Counted from the stretch's first letter, positions 41,431 through 52,100 are shown. The stretch: 64,000 bases of DNA from Candidatus Latescibacterota bacterium (GCA_965204375.1 OZ241986.1:6276850-6340849), one strand, 5' to 3'. Numbers and translations: made by a program. The notes: generated from the letters alone by a model not told the origin.

Positions 41431-44400
41431 GTTGTCTTTTTCGCATCTTTAATCAGGTTTTCAAAATACCGCCGGATGAGGGCCTGGTATTCGGGTGAAT
41501 ATCCCTCTTTGAGGGCGTCGCGCATCAGATGGCGCAGGGGGTTGTCGGCTTCTCCCAAATCTGCGGGGAGCGTTCCAGGTCCGCGATAGGTCAGATTTAC
41601 GCCCGTGCGCGCCTGTCGCTTTTTGCTCTTTCCGCGCGATCTCATCGCCTGTTGGGCATCGAGCATGCGGGAGAGGATCTGTCGCTGTCGCATGAGGGTT
41701 TGGGGAGCGACCTGGCGCTGGAGCATTTCGCGTGCGGTTTCCTGCATGTCGCTGGCAATTTTGCCCAGGTCGCCGAGCATTTCGCGCTGTTGCCGCGCCA
41801 ATTCGCCGCGCAGGGCATTGAGTGCTTCCCGGATGGCGCGCTGTTGGGCCGCGAGTTTTTGCCACGAGGGTTGGCCGCTTTGCCCGGGTTGCCCAAATAG
41901 ATTTTCGGTTTGGGCGTTGAGTGATCCCTGTTGTTGGGCGAGTTGGGCCATTTTTGCCATCATTTCTTCAAAGCCCGTGCCCGATTCCGAAGAGGCGAGT
42001 TGTCCCAGTGCGTTTTGTACCATCATGGCCCCGCGATTGATTTCTCCCATGGCTTCGCGGGCGAGTTGGGCCGCCTGAGTGGCATTGCCCGCGTTGAGTT
42101 GTTCGGCAGCGCCTTCCATTTTGTTTAAGGCCTGACCGAGGGCTGCCTGTGCGCTGGGGGGCATGAAGAAGGTTTTTTGCGAGGCGTCCATCAGGCGCTG
42201 TGCCATGCGCGATGCCCCGGTTATCGCACGCGCCTGGTCCAGGGCGAGGGGAGCAGCGTCGTCGCGATTTTGCGCCTCATTGGCGCGCTGTGCCGTGCGT
42301 TCCTGCGCCCGAGATAAGGTGAGCAGGTCGTGCAATACGCGGTTGAGTTCTCTGGCGATCTCATCTTTTTGTCGCTGGATAAATTGCTGTCGGGTCTGCG
42401 CCAGGTTCTGGCTCAGATTTTGCAAGTCCCGGGCGAGAGAATCGCTGTTTTGTCCCGCGCTTTGTCGTTGTCTCAGGGCGAGGTCCTGGCGCACTTGATC
42501 CATGCGGGGGATGAGTTGTTTGTTTTGTATTGCGCTGGCGATTTGGTCGAGTTCGTCGTCGGTGGGGCTGTCCATTTTTTGCGATGCCTGTTGCAGTTCT
42601 GTACGCAATTGTTCGGTGTCTCGGGCGATTCGCGTCTGGCGGCGGATGAGGTCTTCGGTGGGTTCGCGTTCGATATTTTGCGTGATCTGATCCTGGGCGT
42701 GAGCGAGTTCTTCGAGTTTCTGGTTAAGCGCGTCGAGGGTTTGTTGTTGTTGTACGCGCCGCAAAAGGGCGAGGGTGCGGTCGATACTTTCGCGGAATTT
42801 TTCGCGCTCCATCTGAAATTGTTCAAGGGCTTCGCGCACCATGTTTGCATCGGCATTTTTGATGGCTTCGTCCAGTTTTTTCATGACGTCATTGAGTTCT
42901 GGTGTGCGGATTTGCGAGAGCAATGTTTGTAGTTCTTCGAGTTTTTGCAGGGTATCGTCTTCGAGCAATCCACTTTCTTGCAGGCGGTCGAGGGCGCGTT
43001 CGAGTTGTTCGGCTGTGGATTCAATTTGTTCGGCGAGTTGTTCCTGTGTTTGGCGCGCTTTTTCGAGTTCGCGTTTTTCCTGCCAATCGATTTTGTCTTT
43101 GGAGAGCATATCGCGGGCGAGTTCTTTGAGACGCGCGTCGAGTTCGCGCCCGCGTTGTTGCACGGTTTCGATCTCGTCAATGCTTTCGCGCTGTGTTTTG
43201 TCCGCTTCTCGATGGATTTCAAACAGGCTGGGCATGCGAATTGTAAAGGTGGCTGTTTCTCCATAAGAGGGTTTGGGATTGTTGTCGTAAGCGCGGATTC
43301 TGTAGGTTATTTGATCGCCTGGTAGCAAGTCGAGGTTGGACAGGTCCCAGTGATAAGATGTCTCAATTTCGCGACCGGGCGTTGTGATAATTGGAAGGAT
43401 GTGGTCTGTATCGTCGTCTTTCTGGTATCTGAGTTGCAGGCGTGAGATGCCATAGTCGTCAAAGGCTTCGGCAACGAGGGAGACGCGCATTGATTCTGTG
43501 AGGTCGATATCTTGTCCCGGACGCAACAGACGCACGTCGGGCGGTTGATCGGGTAGCGCGACAATGCGATATGATACCGGGTCTTTGTTGGCGATCATCT
43601 GGGGATCGCGCAAGTGTACGCGATAGCGCCCGTCTTTTTTCACTGTCAGGATCGCCTGTGCAAGTGATGAAGATACTGCGGCGGATAATTCGGTTGCGTC
43701 GTCAAATACGAGCGAGGCCGATTTGAGGGGTTTGTTGGCTTCAATGGTCAATGAGACTTCTGTGCCGATTGGTACAATGATGTCGCCACCCTGTTGATCG
43801 ATGCGGTCGGGCATGGCTGTGTGCGGCGGAAATCGGTCGCGGTGCGAGATGCGCGTGACAATGGGGCGCGGGTGTACGGTTGCGGTGTAGGTGGGGGTTT
43901 GCGCGTCGTGGGCAGACAGGCGGTAGTCAAAAGATCGCGTGACATTGGGGAAGTGGTGAGATGCGCCCGTTTGTTTGACTGGCAAGACAAAAGAGGCCCA
44001 CGTTTGTACGCCTTTTTCGCGCACATACAGGCGCGCGGTGCGCGGAACAATGCCCGCAAATTGTGCGGTGAGTGTAAGAGGCTCCCCACCGATGATTTCG
44101 ATATTGCCCGGTTGCAAAATTATGTACGTGTCTGCCGGGCGGGTGTATGGGGTTTGCGGGTTTGCGAGACGTTGGGCAGCTCCGGATAAAGCTGTGGGCC
44201 ATCCCGCGTGGAGCAAGAGCGCGATGAGGGCGAGTACGACAACTGCCGTGGCAGCGCGGATGGGTGGCTTGCGATTGATGAGTCTTTCATAAGGAAGATG
44301 CTGTGTGGCGCGTTCTGCCTGGATGATTGCGGCATCGACGAGTGCGGTGGCGTGTTTTTCTCGGTCTCTTTGTCGCCACAATTGGAGTGCGTTGATCAGG

Positions 44401-44711
44401 TGTTGCTGGAGGCCGCCGAAATGTTGTTCCACGCGCAGTGCGATCTGGTCGAGACTGGGCGGTCTGATAAATGGGATGACGCAGAAGCGGGCGAGCAGGT
44501 ATAAGAGACACAGGGCGCACAAACTCTCTAAAATAATTTTGAGGATTGGGCGCAGGTAGAATATCGATTCGAGGATGACGAGGGCAATCCCCGAGCTGAG
44601 GATAAATATCAGCGCGAGTCCCACGCCCGTTAGTGCCCGATTCGCCGCCAGCAGTGTGCGCAGTCTTGTGAGGCGGTGGGTGAGTTTTTGATGTGCGGAG
44701 TGTGAGGTCAT
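41421..44711 (-). CDS. DUF4175-family membrane / coiled-coil protein
   Basis: N-terminal TMs, PDQPPDV, AFDDYGI, Gln-rich coiled coil, YQALIRRYF. Confidence 0.8.
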   Translation of the reverse strand: MTSHSAHQKLTHRLTRLRTLLAANRALTGVGLALIFILSSGIALVILESIFYLRPILKIILESLCALCLLYLLARFCVIPFIRPPSLDQIALRVEQHFGGLQQHLINALQLWRQRDREKHATALVDAAIIQAERATQHLPYERLINRKPPIRAATAVVVLALIALLLHAGWPTALSGAAQRLANPQTPYTRPADTYIILQPGNIEIIGGEPLTLTAQFAGIVPRTARLYVREKGVQTWASFVLPVKQTGASHHFPNVTRSFDYRLSAHDAQTPTYTATVHPRPIVTRISHRDRFPPHTAMPDRIDQQGGDIIVPIGTEVSLTIEANKPLKSASLVFDDATELSAAVSSSLAQAILTVKKDGRYRVHLRDPQMIANKDPVSYRIVALPDQPPDVRLLRPGQDIDLTESMRVSLVAEAFDDYGISRLQLRYQKDDDTDHILPIITTPGREIETSYHWDLSNLDLLPGDQITYRIRAYDNNPKPSYGETATFTIRMPSLFEIHREADKTQRESIDEIETVQQRGRELDARLKELARDMLSKDKIDWQEKRELEKARQTQEQLAEQIESTAEQLERALDRLQESGLLEDDTLQKLEELQTLLSQIRTPELNDVMKKLDEAIKNADANMVREALEQFQMEREKFRESIDRTLALLRRVQQQQTLDALNQKLEELAHAQDQITQNIEREPTEDLIRRQTRIARDTEQLRTELQQASQKMDSPTDDELDQIASAIQNKQLIPRMDQVRQDLALRQRQSAGQNSDSLARDLQNLSQNLAQTRQQFIQRQKDEIARELNRVLHDLLTLSRAQERTAQRANEAQNRDDAAPLALDQARAITGASRMAQRLMDASQKTFFMPPSAQAALGQALNKMEGAAEQLNAGNATQAAQLAREAMGEINRGAMMVQNALGQLASSESGTGFEEMMAKMAQLAQQQGSLNAQTENLFGQPGQSGQPSWQKLAAQQRAIREALNALRGELARQQREMLGDLGKIASDMQETAREMLQRQVAPQTLMRQRQILSRMLDAQQAMRSRGKSKKRQARTGVNLTYRGPGTLPADLGEADNPLRHLMRDALKEGYSPEYQALIRRYFENLIKDAKKTTDE

Positions 44712-44840
44712 GGAAATGTGAAGTGTGAAGGTTGAAGTGTGAAGTGTGAAGTGTGAAGTGTGAAGGTTGAAGTGTGAAGGAACACCTGCCTTTGGGGTTG
44801 GGTTGGGTCTTCTTACTTCTCACTTCTTACTTCTTACTTT
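44712..44840. repeat. Heptamer tandem repeats
   Basis: (GAAGTGT/GAAGGTT)n about 9 units, then (CTTCTTA/CTTCTCA)n. Confidence 0.8.
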
Positions 44841-45503
44841 TTAATGTGTTAGTGCCCAGACAATGACGTTGGTGCCCATTTTGAGGGCTTCTTGTCTTTT
44901 TTCGGGCGGGTCGTTGTGTACGTCGGGGTCGTCCCATCCATCGGCGATGTCGCTGCTCGTGTTGTAAAAGACGATCAGGCGGTCTTCGTGAAATAGGCCC
45001 AGAGCCTGAGGAGGATCGCCGTCGTGTTCGTGGATTTTTGGCAAGCCGTTTGGAAATTGAAACGGCGTTTTGAAGAGGCCAAAAGAAGGGGGCAATTGGA
45101 CGAGTTTTTTGTCGGGGAATGCGCGTTTGAGTTCCCGACGAAAGGATTCGTCCAGGCCGTAGTCGTCGTTGGCGAAGAGAAATCCGCCGCGTTCGAGATA
45201 GAGGCGCAAGCGCCGCAGTTCCTCTTCGGAGAATCGGATGTTGCCATGTCCGGTGAGAAATAGAACGGGATAGGCAAAGAGGTGTTCGTCGGTGAGCGCG
45301 ACCTGGGCTTCTTGCTCGGCGGTGCGGATGGGCGTGTGTTGTCTGATAAATGCGAGCAGGTTGGGGATTTCTGTTGGCCCATTGTACCAGTCGCCGCCGC
45401 CGTCGTATTTGATACGCGCTATGGTGAATGCCGCAGGCGGGTCTTGCAATTGCGCCAGGCTGGGCGCAGAGATTATCAGGAGTAAGAGGTAGAAATGGCG
45501 CAT
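44841..45503 (-). CDS. DUF4159 domain protein
   Basis: IARIKYDGGGDWY, FLTGHGN, GGFLFANDDYG, GLPKIHEHDG, DIADGW. Confidence 0.88.
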   Translation of the reverse strand: MRHFYLLLLIISAPSLAQLQDPPAAFTIARIKYDGGGDWYNGPTEIPNLLAFIRQHTPIRTAEQEAQVALTDEHLFAYPVLFLTGHGNIRFSEEELRRLRLYLERGGFLFANDDYGLDESFRRELKRAFPDKKLVQLPPSFGLFKTPFQFPNGLPKIHEHDGDPPQALGLFHEDRLIVFYNTSSDIADGWDDPDVHNDPPEKRQEALKMGTNVIVWALTH

Positions 45504-45545
45504 GGTTTTTTTGACGCGAGAAGGCGGTTTTCGGTTCCGTCAAGG

Positions 45546-45584
45546 GAATAGACGAATAGACGAATCAACGAATAGACGAATCAA
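45546..45584. repeat. GAATAGAC/GAATCAAC 8-mer tandem (partial element)
   Basis: About five 8-mer units in an intergenic region. Confidence 0.7.
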
Positions 45585-45628
45585 GGTCCAATTGTAGGCG
45601 TTCATTGACGCATAGAGGTGGTCCCGAC

Positions 45629-45967
45629 TTACGGAGGTTCCGAGTTGTCAATTTGCAATATGGAAGGCTCTGTGCCAAAGGTGTAAGTGCAGTCGAAGTC
45701 AACTTCTGATAAACACCGCGTGTCAATTGGAAATGCCGCGCATTGTTTTGGGCGGTTTTCGTAGATGCTACAGAGGGTATCCCCGGTGTCATTTTTGATG
45801 AGAAATGGACATTTGAACAGGAGTTCGCAGCAGTTGCCACACTGGTTGCATTCACCCTGTCGGTTTTTTTCTTGTTGCGCGACATAGGCTTTGCGAAATC
45901 GCAGCAGTAAATAACGTCTTACTTTGCCTATGGCTTGTTCGCGCATTTTGCCAAAGGTTCTGGGCAT
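45629..45967 (-). CDS. YkgJ-like (CxxCxxCC) cysteine-cluster protein
   Basis: CNQCGNCC, CPFL, CSIYENRPKQCAAFP. Confidence 0.8.
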   Translation of the reverse strand: MPRTFGKMREQAIGKVRRYLLLRFRKAYVAQQEKNRQGECNQCGNCCELLFKCPFLIKNDTGDTLCSIYENRPKQCAAFPIDTRCLSEVDFDCTYTFGTEPSILQIDNSEPP

Positions 45968-45982
45968 GGGAAAGTCCTGTTC

Positions 45983-47125
45983 TTATTTCATTTGTTCGAT
46001 TTCGCGCTCTGCGGCCTGTACGCCGCTTCTGGTGTCGTGTACGGCGATGGTGAGGTCGCAGTGATAGGTTTCGTCCCCGTTGAGTGTGATGACGCGCCCG
46101 GCGTCGCGTTCAACGCTTTTGGCGTTGGGATAGTTGGTGGCGGGTTCGAGGCCTACGACATATCCATCTCGCGTTGCTGCGGTGTTTTTCCAGAGGGTAA
46201 AATACGGCATTTGTTTGAGTGCGTAGTGGAGCGAAGACCCTATGTTGCCTTCGGCGTTTTTGAGGAGGACAGATGTGTTGCCTTCGCTGTTGCCAGCGAG
46301 TTCGTAAAAATAAACTTGTTCGATATAACCCGGGGTGGGGCCGAGGCATTGGTCGAATGTGTTGACGCCTTCCTCTGCGCGTGGGTCGCGTGGGGAGACG
46401 GTTTTGTGCGGTGTTACGATGGATGCGCCTTCTTCGAGGAGGGGTGCGCCGTAGTTACAGTGGTAGAGCAGTTGCATTTCAGCGGGTTTGTCGTTGAGGT
46501 TGGTGACTTGATCGGCTATGGTGAAGTTGTTGCTGCCGAGTTCTGTCGATATGGTTGTGGCGAGGCGCAGCGCGGGACCAAACATCATGGTTTCATCGAC
46601 GATGCCCAATACGGTGATGCGATGGGGTGGTGTCAGGTCGATTTGTATTTCGACATAGCGCGCGGGTATGTTGGCGATTTTGCCGTGCAGGGGGACAAAG
46701 ACTTCGGCTTCGTTGCCGTTGTTGTCGATTACGATGTCGTTGCCGGGTGCGCCATTGCTGTCGAGGCCGCAGCGTACGATCCATTCGTTAAAGCCTTTGA
46801 GCCATCCCAGGCCGCCCCGGTCATTGAGTTCGATAAAGGCCGGGTTGACGAGGTCGCGCACGGGTGATTCCCAGCCGAGGGAGATACCGCGATAAGTGCC
46901 TTTCCATATTCCCATGCCGCGCGTGGGAACGATGAATACAGAGAGTGCCCCGTTGTCAATTTCAATGAGGTCAACCCCTTCTTGTACGCCGCCTTTGAGG
47001 GCGGTTTTTTGCACGCGCCATGTGTGTTCTGTGCCAAGTGGTAAGATGGATTCATCGATGGTCCACGATTCTGTCCAGAGTGCGCGTTCGACATCGGTGA
47101 GAACGAAGCGATAAGTGCCTTCCAT
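45983..47125 (-). CDS. Aldose 1-epimerase-like / DUF4432 family protein
   Basis: PTRGMGI, LGWESPV, PLHGKIAN, LLYHCNYG, GLEPATNYP. Confidence 0.85.
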   Translation of the reverse strand: MEGTYRFVLTDVERALWTESWTIDESILPLGTEHTWRVQKTALKGGVQEGVDLIEIDNGALSVFIVPTRGMGIWKGTYRGISLGWESPVRDLVNPAFIELNDRGGLGWLKGFNEWIVRCGLDSNGAPGNDIVIDNNGNEAEVFVPLHGKIANIPARYVEIQIDLTPPHRITVLGIVDETMMFGPALRLATTISTELGSNNFTIADQVTNLNDKPAEMQLLYHCNYGAPLLEEGASIVTPHKTVSPRDPRAEEGVNTFDQCLGPTPGYIEQVYFYELAGNSEGNTSVLLKNAEGNIGSSLHYALKQMPYFTLWKNTAATRDGYVVGLEPATNYPNAKSVERDAGRVITLNGDETYHCDLTIAVHDTRSGVQAAEREIEQMK

Positions 47126-47328
47126 GAAAATTTCCTTCAGATTATAGGGACAATGCGTCCATTTTTGTTGTGTACAATCATCAGAATATACGGGAAAATG
47201 CGCGAGGTGAAAAGCGCAACGTATGGGCGACGCGGCAGGATGCTGCCGGGACGGTTGTCAAAATGGGTATAAGAACGTATAATTTTCTAACGGATGTTAC
47301 GTAGCTTTTAGACGCTGGCGATTGGGAA

Positions 47329-48711
47329 ATGAAGAAACAAACTTTTTTCTTTTGCGGTATTGGTGGCAGTGGCATGAGTGCTATTGCACAGGTGTTGTTG
47401 CACCAGGGTCATGCGGTGCGCGGGTCGGATCGCAGCTATGACCGGGGGCAGAATGCGGATTTGTACGCGCGGTTGCAGGTGCTTGGGGTGGTGTTGTTTC
47501 CGCAAGATGGGTCGGGCGTGGATGCAGATGTGGATGTGCTGGTGGTGTCGAGTGCGGTCGAGCCGACGATTTTAGATGTACAGGCGGGGCTGGATCGCGG
47601 TATTGATATTCGCAAGCGGGCTGAGGTGCTGGCGGACTTGTTCCATCGGGAGACGGGGATTGCCGTGGGAGGGACGAGTGGAAAATCGACGGTGACGGGG
47701 ATGGTTGGTCATATTTTGAGCAGGACCGGGCGCGATCCCACGGTGATCAATGGCGGGATAATGCGCGATGTGGTGCAGCCACCGCGATTGGGCAATGCAT
47801 TATGCGGTGATGCCGAGTTGGTCGTGATTGAGGCTGATGAGAGCGATGGTACGATTGCGCTGTACGAGCCGACGGTGTCGGTGTTGACGAATATTTCGCT
47901 GGATCACAAGCCGATGGCGGAGTTGGAGTCGCTTTTTGGGGCGTTTTGCACACGGGCAAGAGATGCAGTGGTGGTGAATCGTCTGTGCGAGCGGTCGATG
48001 GCTTTGACGCAGGGGGTAAAACGGCGGGTGACTTTTGGGGTGGATTGCGAAGGGGCAGATGTGTGCGCTACTGATGTCGCGTTGTTGCCCGATGGCGCGC
48101 GGTGTGTTGTCAATGGGCAGGCCTGTCGGTTGCGCGTGCCCGGGCGGCACAATGTCGCCAATGCAGTGGCGGCTATCGCCGCGTGTGGGGTGCTTGGAAT
48201 AAGCGTGCGGGATGGGGCAGAAGCATTGGGTGATTTTCGGGGGATTGGCAGGCGGCTGGAGGTGGTGGGTAAGGCGCAGGGCGTGACGGTGATCGATGAT
48301 TTTGCACATAATCCGGATAAAATTGCCGCGAGTTTGGCTACGTTGAAGGCGCAGCCCGGGCGCGTGTTGTCGGTTTTTCAACCTCACGGGTTTGGTCCAA
48401 CGCGGTTTTTGATGGATGGGCTAATTTCGGCATTTGTCAATGGAATGGATGCGGATGATCTGGTGATTATGTCGGAGATTTTTTATGCTGGTGGGACAGC
48501 GCAAAAGGATATTTCGTCGGGGGATTTGATCGTCCAGATCGCGCGTGCCGGACGGCGGGCTGAGTATATTGAAAGGCGCGGGGATATTGTTGTGCGTTTG
48601 GCGGAGGAGGCGCAGGAGGGTGATCGCATTATAGTAATGGGTGCGCGGGATGATTCGCTGACGGTTTTTGCAAGAGATATATTATCTCAGATTGAGAGCA
48701 GGGTGCGATGA
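47329..48711 (+). CDS. MurC/Mpl-like Mur ligase
   Basis: GIGGSGMS, GTSGKSTVT, EADESDG, GIGRRLE, DDFAHNP, FQPHG. Confidence 0.85.
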   Translation: MKKQTFFFCGIGGSGMSAIAQVLLHQGHAVRGSDRSYDRGQNADLYARLQVLGVVLFPQDGSGVDADVDVLVVSSAVEPTILDVQAGLDRGIDIRKRAEVLADLFHRETGIAVGGTSGKSTVTGMVGHILSRTGRDPTVINGGIMRDVVQPPRLGNALCGDAELVVIEADESDGTIALYEPTVSVLTNISLDHKPMAELESLFGAFCTRARDAVVVNRLCERSMALTQGVKRRVTFGVDCEGADVCATDVALLPDGARCVVNGQACRLRVPGRHNVANAVAAIAACGVLGISVRDGAEALGDFRGIGRRLEVVGKAQGVTVIDDFAHNPDKIAASLATLKAQPGRVLSVFQPHGFGPTRFLMDGLISAFVNGMDADDLVIMSEIFYAGGTAQKDISSGDLIVQIARAGRRAEYIERRGDIVVRLAEEAQEGDRIIVMGARDDSLTVFARDILSQIESRVR

Positions 48712-49598
48712 GATTACCTCCCAAATTACAATTCGGCGATGCCGTTGGCATCATTGCGCCGTCCGGGTCTTTTGAGCGCGAGCGGTTGGCGCCCGGGCTG
48801 GCGTTTTTGCGCGCGAAGGGGTTTAACGTGCGCGAGGGCGCATCGCTTTACGCTCAGGATCGGTATTTGGCTGGGATGGATCGGGCGCGTGCAGATGATG
48901 TGAATGCGATGTTTTCAGATGGCGACGTGAAGGGTATTTTTGTCGCGCGCGGCGGGTATGGGGCTGCCCGCATTTTGGCATTTTTGGATTGGGCGTCTAT
49001 TGCCCAAAATCCAAAGGTGCTGGTGGGGTTGAGCGATACGACGGCGTTGCAGTTGGCGATTTTTGCGCGAACTGGATTGGTGACGTTTTCCGGGTTTTTG
49101 CTGTGTTCAGATGTGACGGCGGATGGCGTTGACCAGGAGACGGAGCAGGCACTGTGGGAAGCAGTGTGTTCGCATCGGTTTGAGGGCGTTGGTTTAACGC
49201 CTCTGCGCGGCGGCGAGGTGAATGGCCCGATAGTTGGGGGGTGTTTGTCGCTGGTGGCGTCGCTGGTGGGTACGCGGTTTTTCCCGAAACTGGATGGTGC
49301 GGTGCTGGTGCTGGAGGATGTGAATGAGCCGCCGTATCGCGTGGATCGGATGCTGAATCAGTTGGCGATGGCCGGGGTGTTTGATCGGGTCGCAGGTGTG
49401 GTGTTTGGCGAGTTTGTGGATTGCGAACCCGAGCGCGAGATAGAGGGCCGTATCGAAGATGTGATGGATGATTTTGTTGCGCGGGTGTCTTGCCCGGTTT
49501 TTTGTGGTTTGCCTTATGGGCATGGCAAAGCGCGGCGGGTGTTGCCGATTGGTGTGGGTGTCAGGATTGTACGGGATGTGTTGGAGTTTGATTTATGA
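48708..49598 (+). CDS. LD-carboxypeptidase (S66 family)
   Basis: ARGGYG, GLSDTT, LEDVNEPPYRVDRML, YGHG. Confidence 0.9.
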   Translation: MRLPPKLQFGDAVGIIAPSGSFERERLAPGLAFLRAKGFNVREGASLYAQDRYLAGMDRARADDVNAMFSDGDVKGIFVARGGYGAARILAFLDWASIAQNPKVLVGLSDTTALQLAIFARTGLVTFSGFLLCSDVTADGVDQETEQALWEAVCSHRFEGVGLTPLRGGEVNGPIVGGCLSLVASLVGTRFFPKLDGAVLVLEDVNEPPYRVDRMLNQLAMAGVFDRVAGVVFGEFVDCEPEREIEGRIEDVMDDFVARVSCPVFCGLPYGHGKARRVLPIGVGVRIVRDVLEFDL

Positions 49599-50389
49599 AA
49601 AAAATACCACTGATATTTTTTGTCGCTTTGACGCTGTCGTGCGCGGCAATAAATCGACTGAATTTGTTGACGCCCGAGCAAGAGGTAGAACTCGGCAGGC
49701 AAGCCTCGCGCGAGGTGGAGCGGTCAATGCGACTATACAGGGATCCGATGGTGCGTACCTATATAGATAGTCTGGGGCAGGCTCTGGTGCGGGCGTCGAG
49801 GCTGTCGCAGTTTCGCTATTATTTTAAGGTGGTTGATGCGCCCGAGGTGAATGCGTTTGCTCTGCCGGGGGGATTTATATATGTGAATCTCGGCCTGATT
49901 AAAGCGGCTGAGACCGAGTCGGAGTTGGTCGGGGTGATCGGGCACGAGATTGGGCATGTGGAGATGCATCACGGGGCTAAGAAAATTTCACAGCAGTATG
50001 GGCTTGCTGTGATAGTCGATATTATAGCTGGTGGCGGAGACCCATCGCTGAGGCGAAAAATCCTCGCCCAATTGGCGGGTTTTGGCGGGGGATTGAGCGT
50101 GCTGAAATACGGACGAGAAGCAGAGCGCGAGTCCGATGCGTTCGCCGTGCATTGTGTAGTGAATGCGGGTGTGGATCCCGAGGGCATAGCGCGTTTTTTT
50201 GAGACGCTGTTGAAGTTGCACAAACGCGAACCCAAAGGGGTTGAGGGATGGTTTTCAACACATCCTCCAACGCAATCGCGTATCGATTTTGTCCGATCTG
50301 AAATTGCCAAACTTCCAAATACCGCGGGCCTTAAAAAAACATCCGAGCGGTTCAAACAAATCCGCGCTCGTGTGTCTCCCAATTCTTAA
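49595..50389 (+). CDS. M48-family metalloprotease lipoprotein
   Basis: Lipobox-like LTLSC; NAFALPGG, HEIGH, ESD, STHP. Confidence 0.9.
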   Translation: MKKIPLIFFVALTLSCAAINRLNLLTPEQEVELGRQASREVERSMRLYRDPMVRTYIDSLGQALVRASRLSQFRYYFKVVDAPEVNAFALPGGFIYVNLGLIKAAETESELVGVIGHEIGHVEMHHGAKKISQQYGLAVIVDIIAGGGDPSLRRKILAQLAGFGGGLSVLKYGREAERESDAFAVHCVVNAGVDPEGIARFFETLLKLHKREPKGVEGWFSTHPPTQSRIDFVRSEIAKLPNTAGLKKTSERFKQIRARVSPNS

Positions 50390-50401
50390 TTTTTAATTTC
50401 T

Positions 50402-51430
50402 ATGATTCGTTTTCTCAAATGGTTCTTCCCAATTAGCCTGGCGGTTCTGATCGTTGTGGTCGCCAGCGCGTACTGGTATGTGACGCCGCAACGGTTGAAG
50501 GCGATTGTACAGCCGCAGTTGTCGTCGGCTTTGGGGCGAGAGGTGGTGTTTGACCGTATAGAGTGGGGGCTGTCTGATGGTGCGGTGATTTCGGGTTTGA
50601 GGGTGGAAGGTCGGATTGGTGCCGATCCTTTGCTGGTCGCGGAACAGGCACAGGCGTATATGTCGCGGTGGAAGTTGTTGTCGAGTTTGGGCGCGTTGGT
50701 GCTGAGAGGCGAGATGCCTGGGACGGGTAAGCAGAGCGATGCCGAAGGTGCGCCAATTCTATCCATAGATCGCGTCCGGTTTCAGGATGGTGCGTTGCGG
50801 TTAAAAAATCGCGGACCGAGGCATATTAAAGTTGTTTTTGATCATTTGGAGGCGGCTTTGCAGGTCGAGGATGGGCGTGTGAATCTGGGGGCAATTCAGG
50901 GGCAGGTGTGCGAGGGTACGCTCACGGGTGATCTGGTGTGGAATAATGGCGCGTGGGATGGATCTGTGTCGCTTGTAAATGCCCAGGCAGAACAGGTGGT
51001 GCGTTCGATTGGTTGGGATATTCCGCTTTACGGTGTGGTTGATATAACAACACAGATTTCGGATGCGAGCATGAGTGGTACCGCAGACATGGCCGAGGGG
51101 CGCATTGTGAAGTGGGATTTTTTGCAGCGGTTATTGCACCCGCTGGCACAATGGGGTTTGATAGCCACCGATGAAGTTCCGCTCAAAGATGTGACAGTGG
51201 TTTTTCAGGTGCAGGGCAATGAGGTGATTCTGGATGGGACAAAGTTCACTGCTTCAGATATGGCCTGTCAGGTGAACGGTAATAGCAGGTCGGATGGACT
51301 GTTGGATTATGTGCTGGATGTGGAGATGCCTCTTCAATTTGCCGGGTTTCGCCTGGGCAGAGCCATTCCCATACGGGTAAAAATTAGGGGCACAGCAAAC
51401 GCGCCAGAGGTGGCTGTGGAGATAAAATGA
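50402..51430 (+). CDS. AsmA-family protein
   Basis: N-terminal TM, SALGREV, beta-rich body, IRGTANAPEV C-terminus. Confidence 0.7.
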   Translation: MIRFLKWFFPISLAVLIVVVASAYWYVTPQRLKAIVQPQLSSALGREVVFDRIEWGLSDGAVISGLRVEGRIGADPLLVAEQAQAYMSRWKLLSSLGALVLRGEMPGTGKQSDAEGAPILSIDRVRFQDGALRLKNRGPRHIKVVFDHLEAALQVEDGRVNLGAIQGQVCEGTLTGDLVWNNGAWDGSVSLVNAQAEQVVRSIGWDIPLYGVVDITTQISDASMSGTADMAEGRIVKWDFLQRLLHPLAQWGLIATDEVPLKDVTVVFQVQGNEVILDGTKFTASDMACQVNGNSRSDGLLDYVLDVEMPLQFAGFRLGRAIPIRVKIRGTANAPEVAVEIK

Positions 51431-51551
51431 ATTTTAAGCCAGCAGAAGGATAATGATTATGCCGAGCACTGCCAATCCACCGAAAAAGACGACACAAAAA
51501 CCTTTGATAAACCCGCCCACAAAGCCATTGTTGTCATTATTATTCTTTATG

Positions 51552-51956
51552 TTACTCCCTCCCTTCAATATCGTCGCGAACAAAGCCATGAGTAGCCTTC
51601 AGCAGAACGGCTGGTAGCCGTTTCAGTTTTTCATTACGCGGGTCAACCTCGAATCCACCGGATTCCAAAGCAGTAACGCCGAGCAATGGTTCCGCCCCTT
51701 CTTCTCCATATACAATGGTCCCACCGACGATTTCTCCCTCGAATTCGATCTCGGCGATGGTTATATCCATGTCCACAGGATTTCCGTCTGCAAGTACGTA
51801 AGCGCGGCTACCCCTCGGTTCGAGTCCAATTTCTTCGAGACGCACTCTCGGCACGAGCGAGTCGAACGCGCCAGTATCGACTAAAAATTTGCCAGTCCAG
51901 CTACGTTGTCGGTCTGCGGGATTGCGGATTGTGACGTCAACATAAACCGCGGACAT
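51552..51956 (-). CDS. Clan AA (retropepsin-like) aspartic protease
   Basis: FLVDTGA, LADG, PLLGVTALE; AGGA RBS before MSAVYV. Confidence 0.85.
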   Translation of the reverse strand: MSAVYVDVTIRNPADRQRSWTGKFLVDTGAFDSLVPRVRLEEIGLEPRGSRAYVLADGNPVDMDITIAEIEFEGEIVGGTIVYGEEGAEPLLGVTALESGGFEVDPRNEKLKRLPAVLLKATHGFVRDDIEGRE

Positions 51957-52063
51957 GGTAGTTTTCCTATCGGGTTGGTTGCGGACAGCTTCTATCTGAA
52001 GGTATAGGACAAAATTGAGTATTACCACAGGAACAGAATATGGGAAAACGGACCGCAATGCAA

Positions 52064-52100
52064 TGCCCAATCCTTGTTCGACTGAAATATCTCTAATGAG
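52064..52100 (-). repeat. Degenerate solitary CRISPR repeat
   Basis: TGCCCAATCCTTGTTCGACTGAAATATCTCTAATGAG; 29/37 identical to the 52412 repeat. Confidence 0.8.

Noticed and set aside
45935-46867. 310-aa + strand ORF and similar long antisense ORFs
   Set aside because: Shadow frames of well-supported genes on the opposite strand
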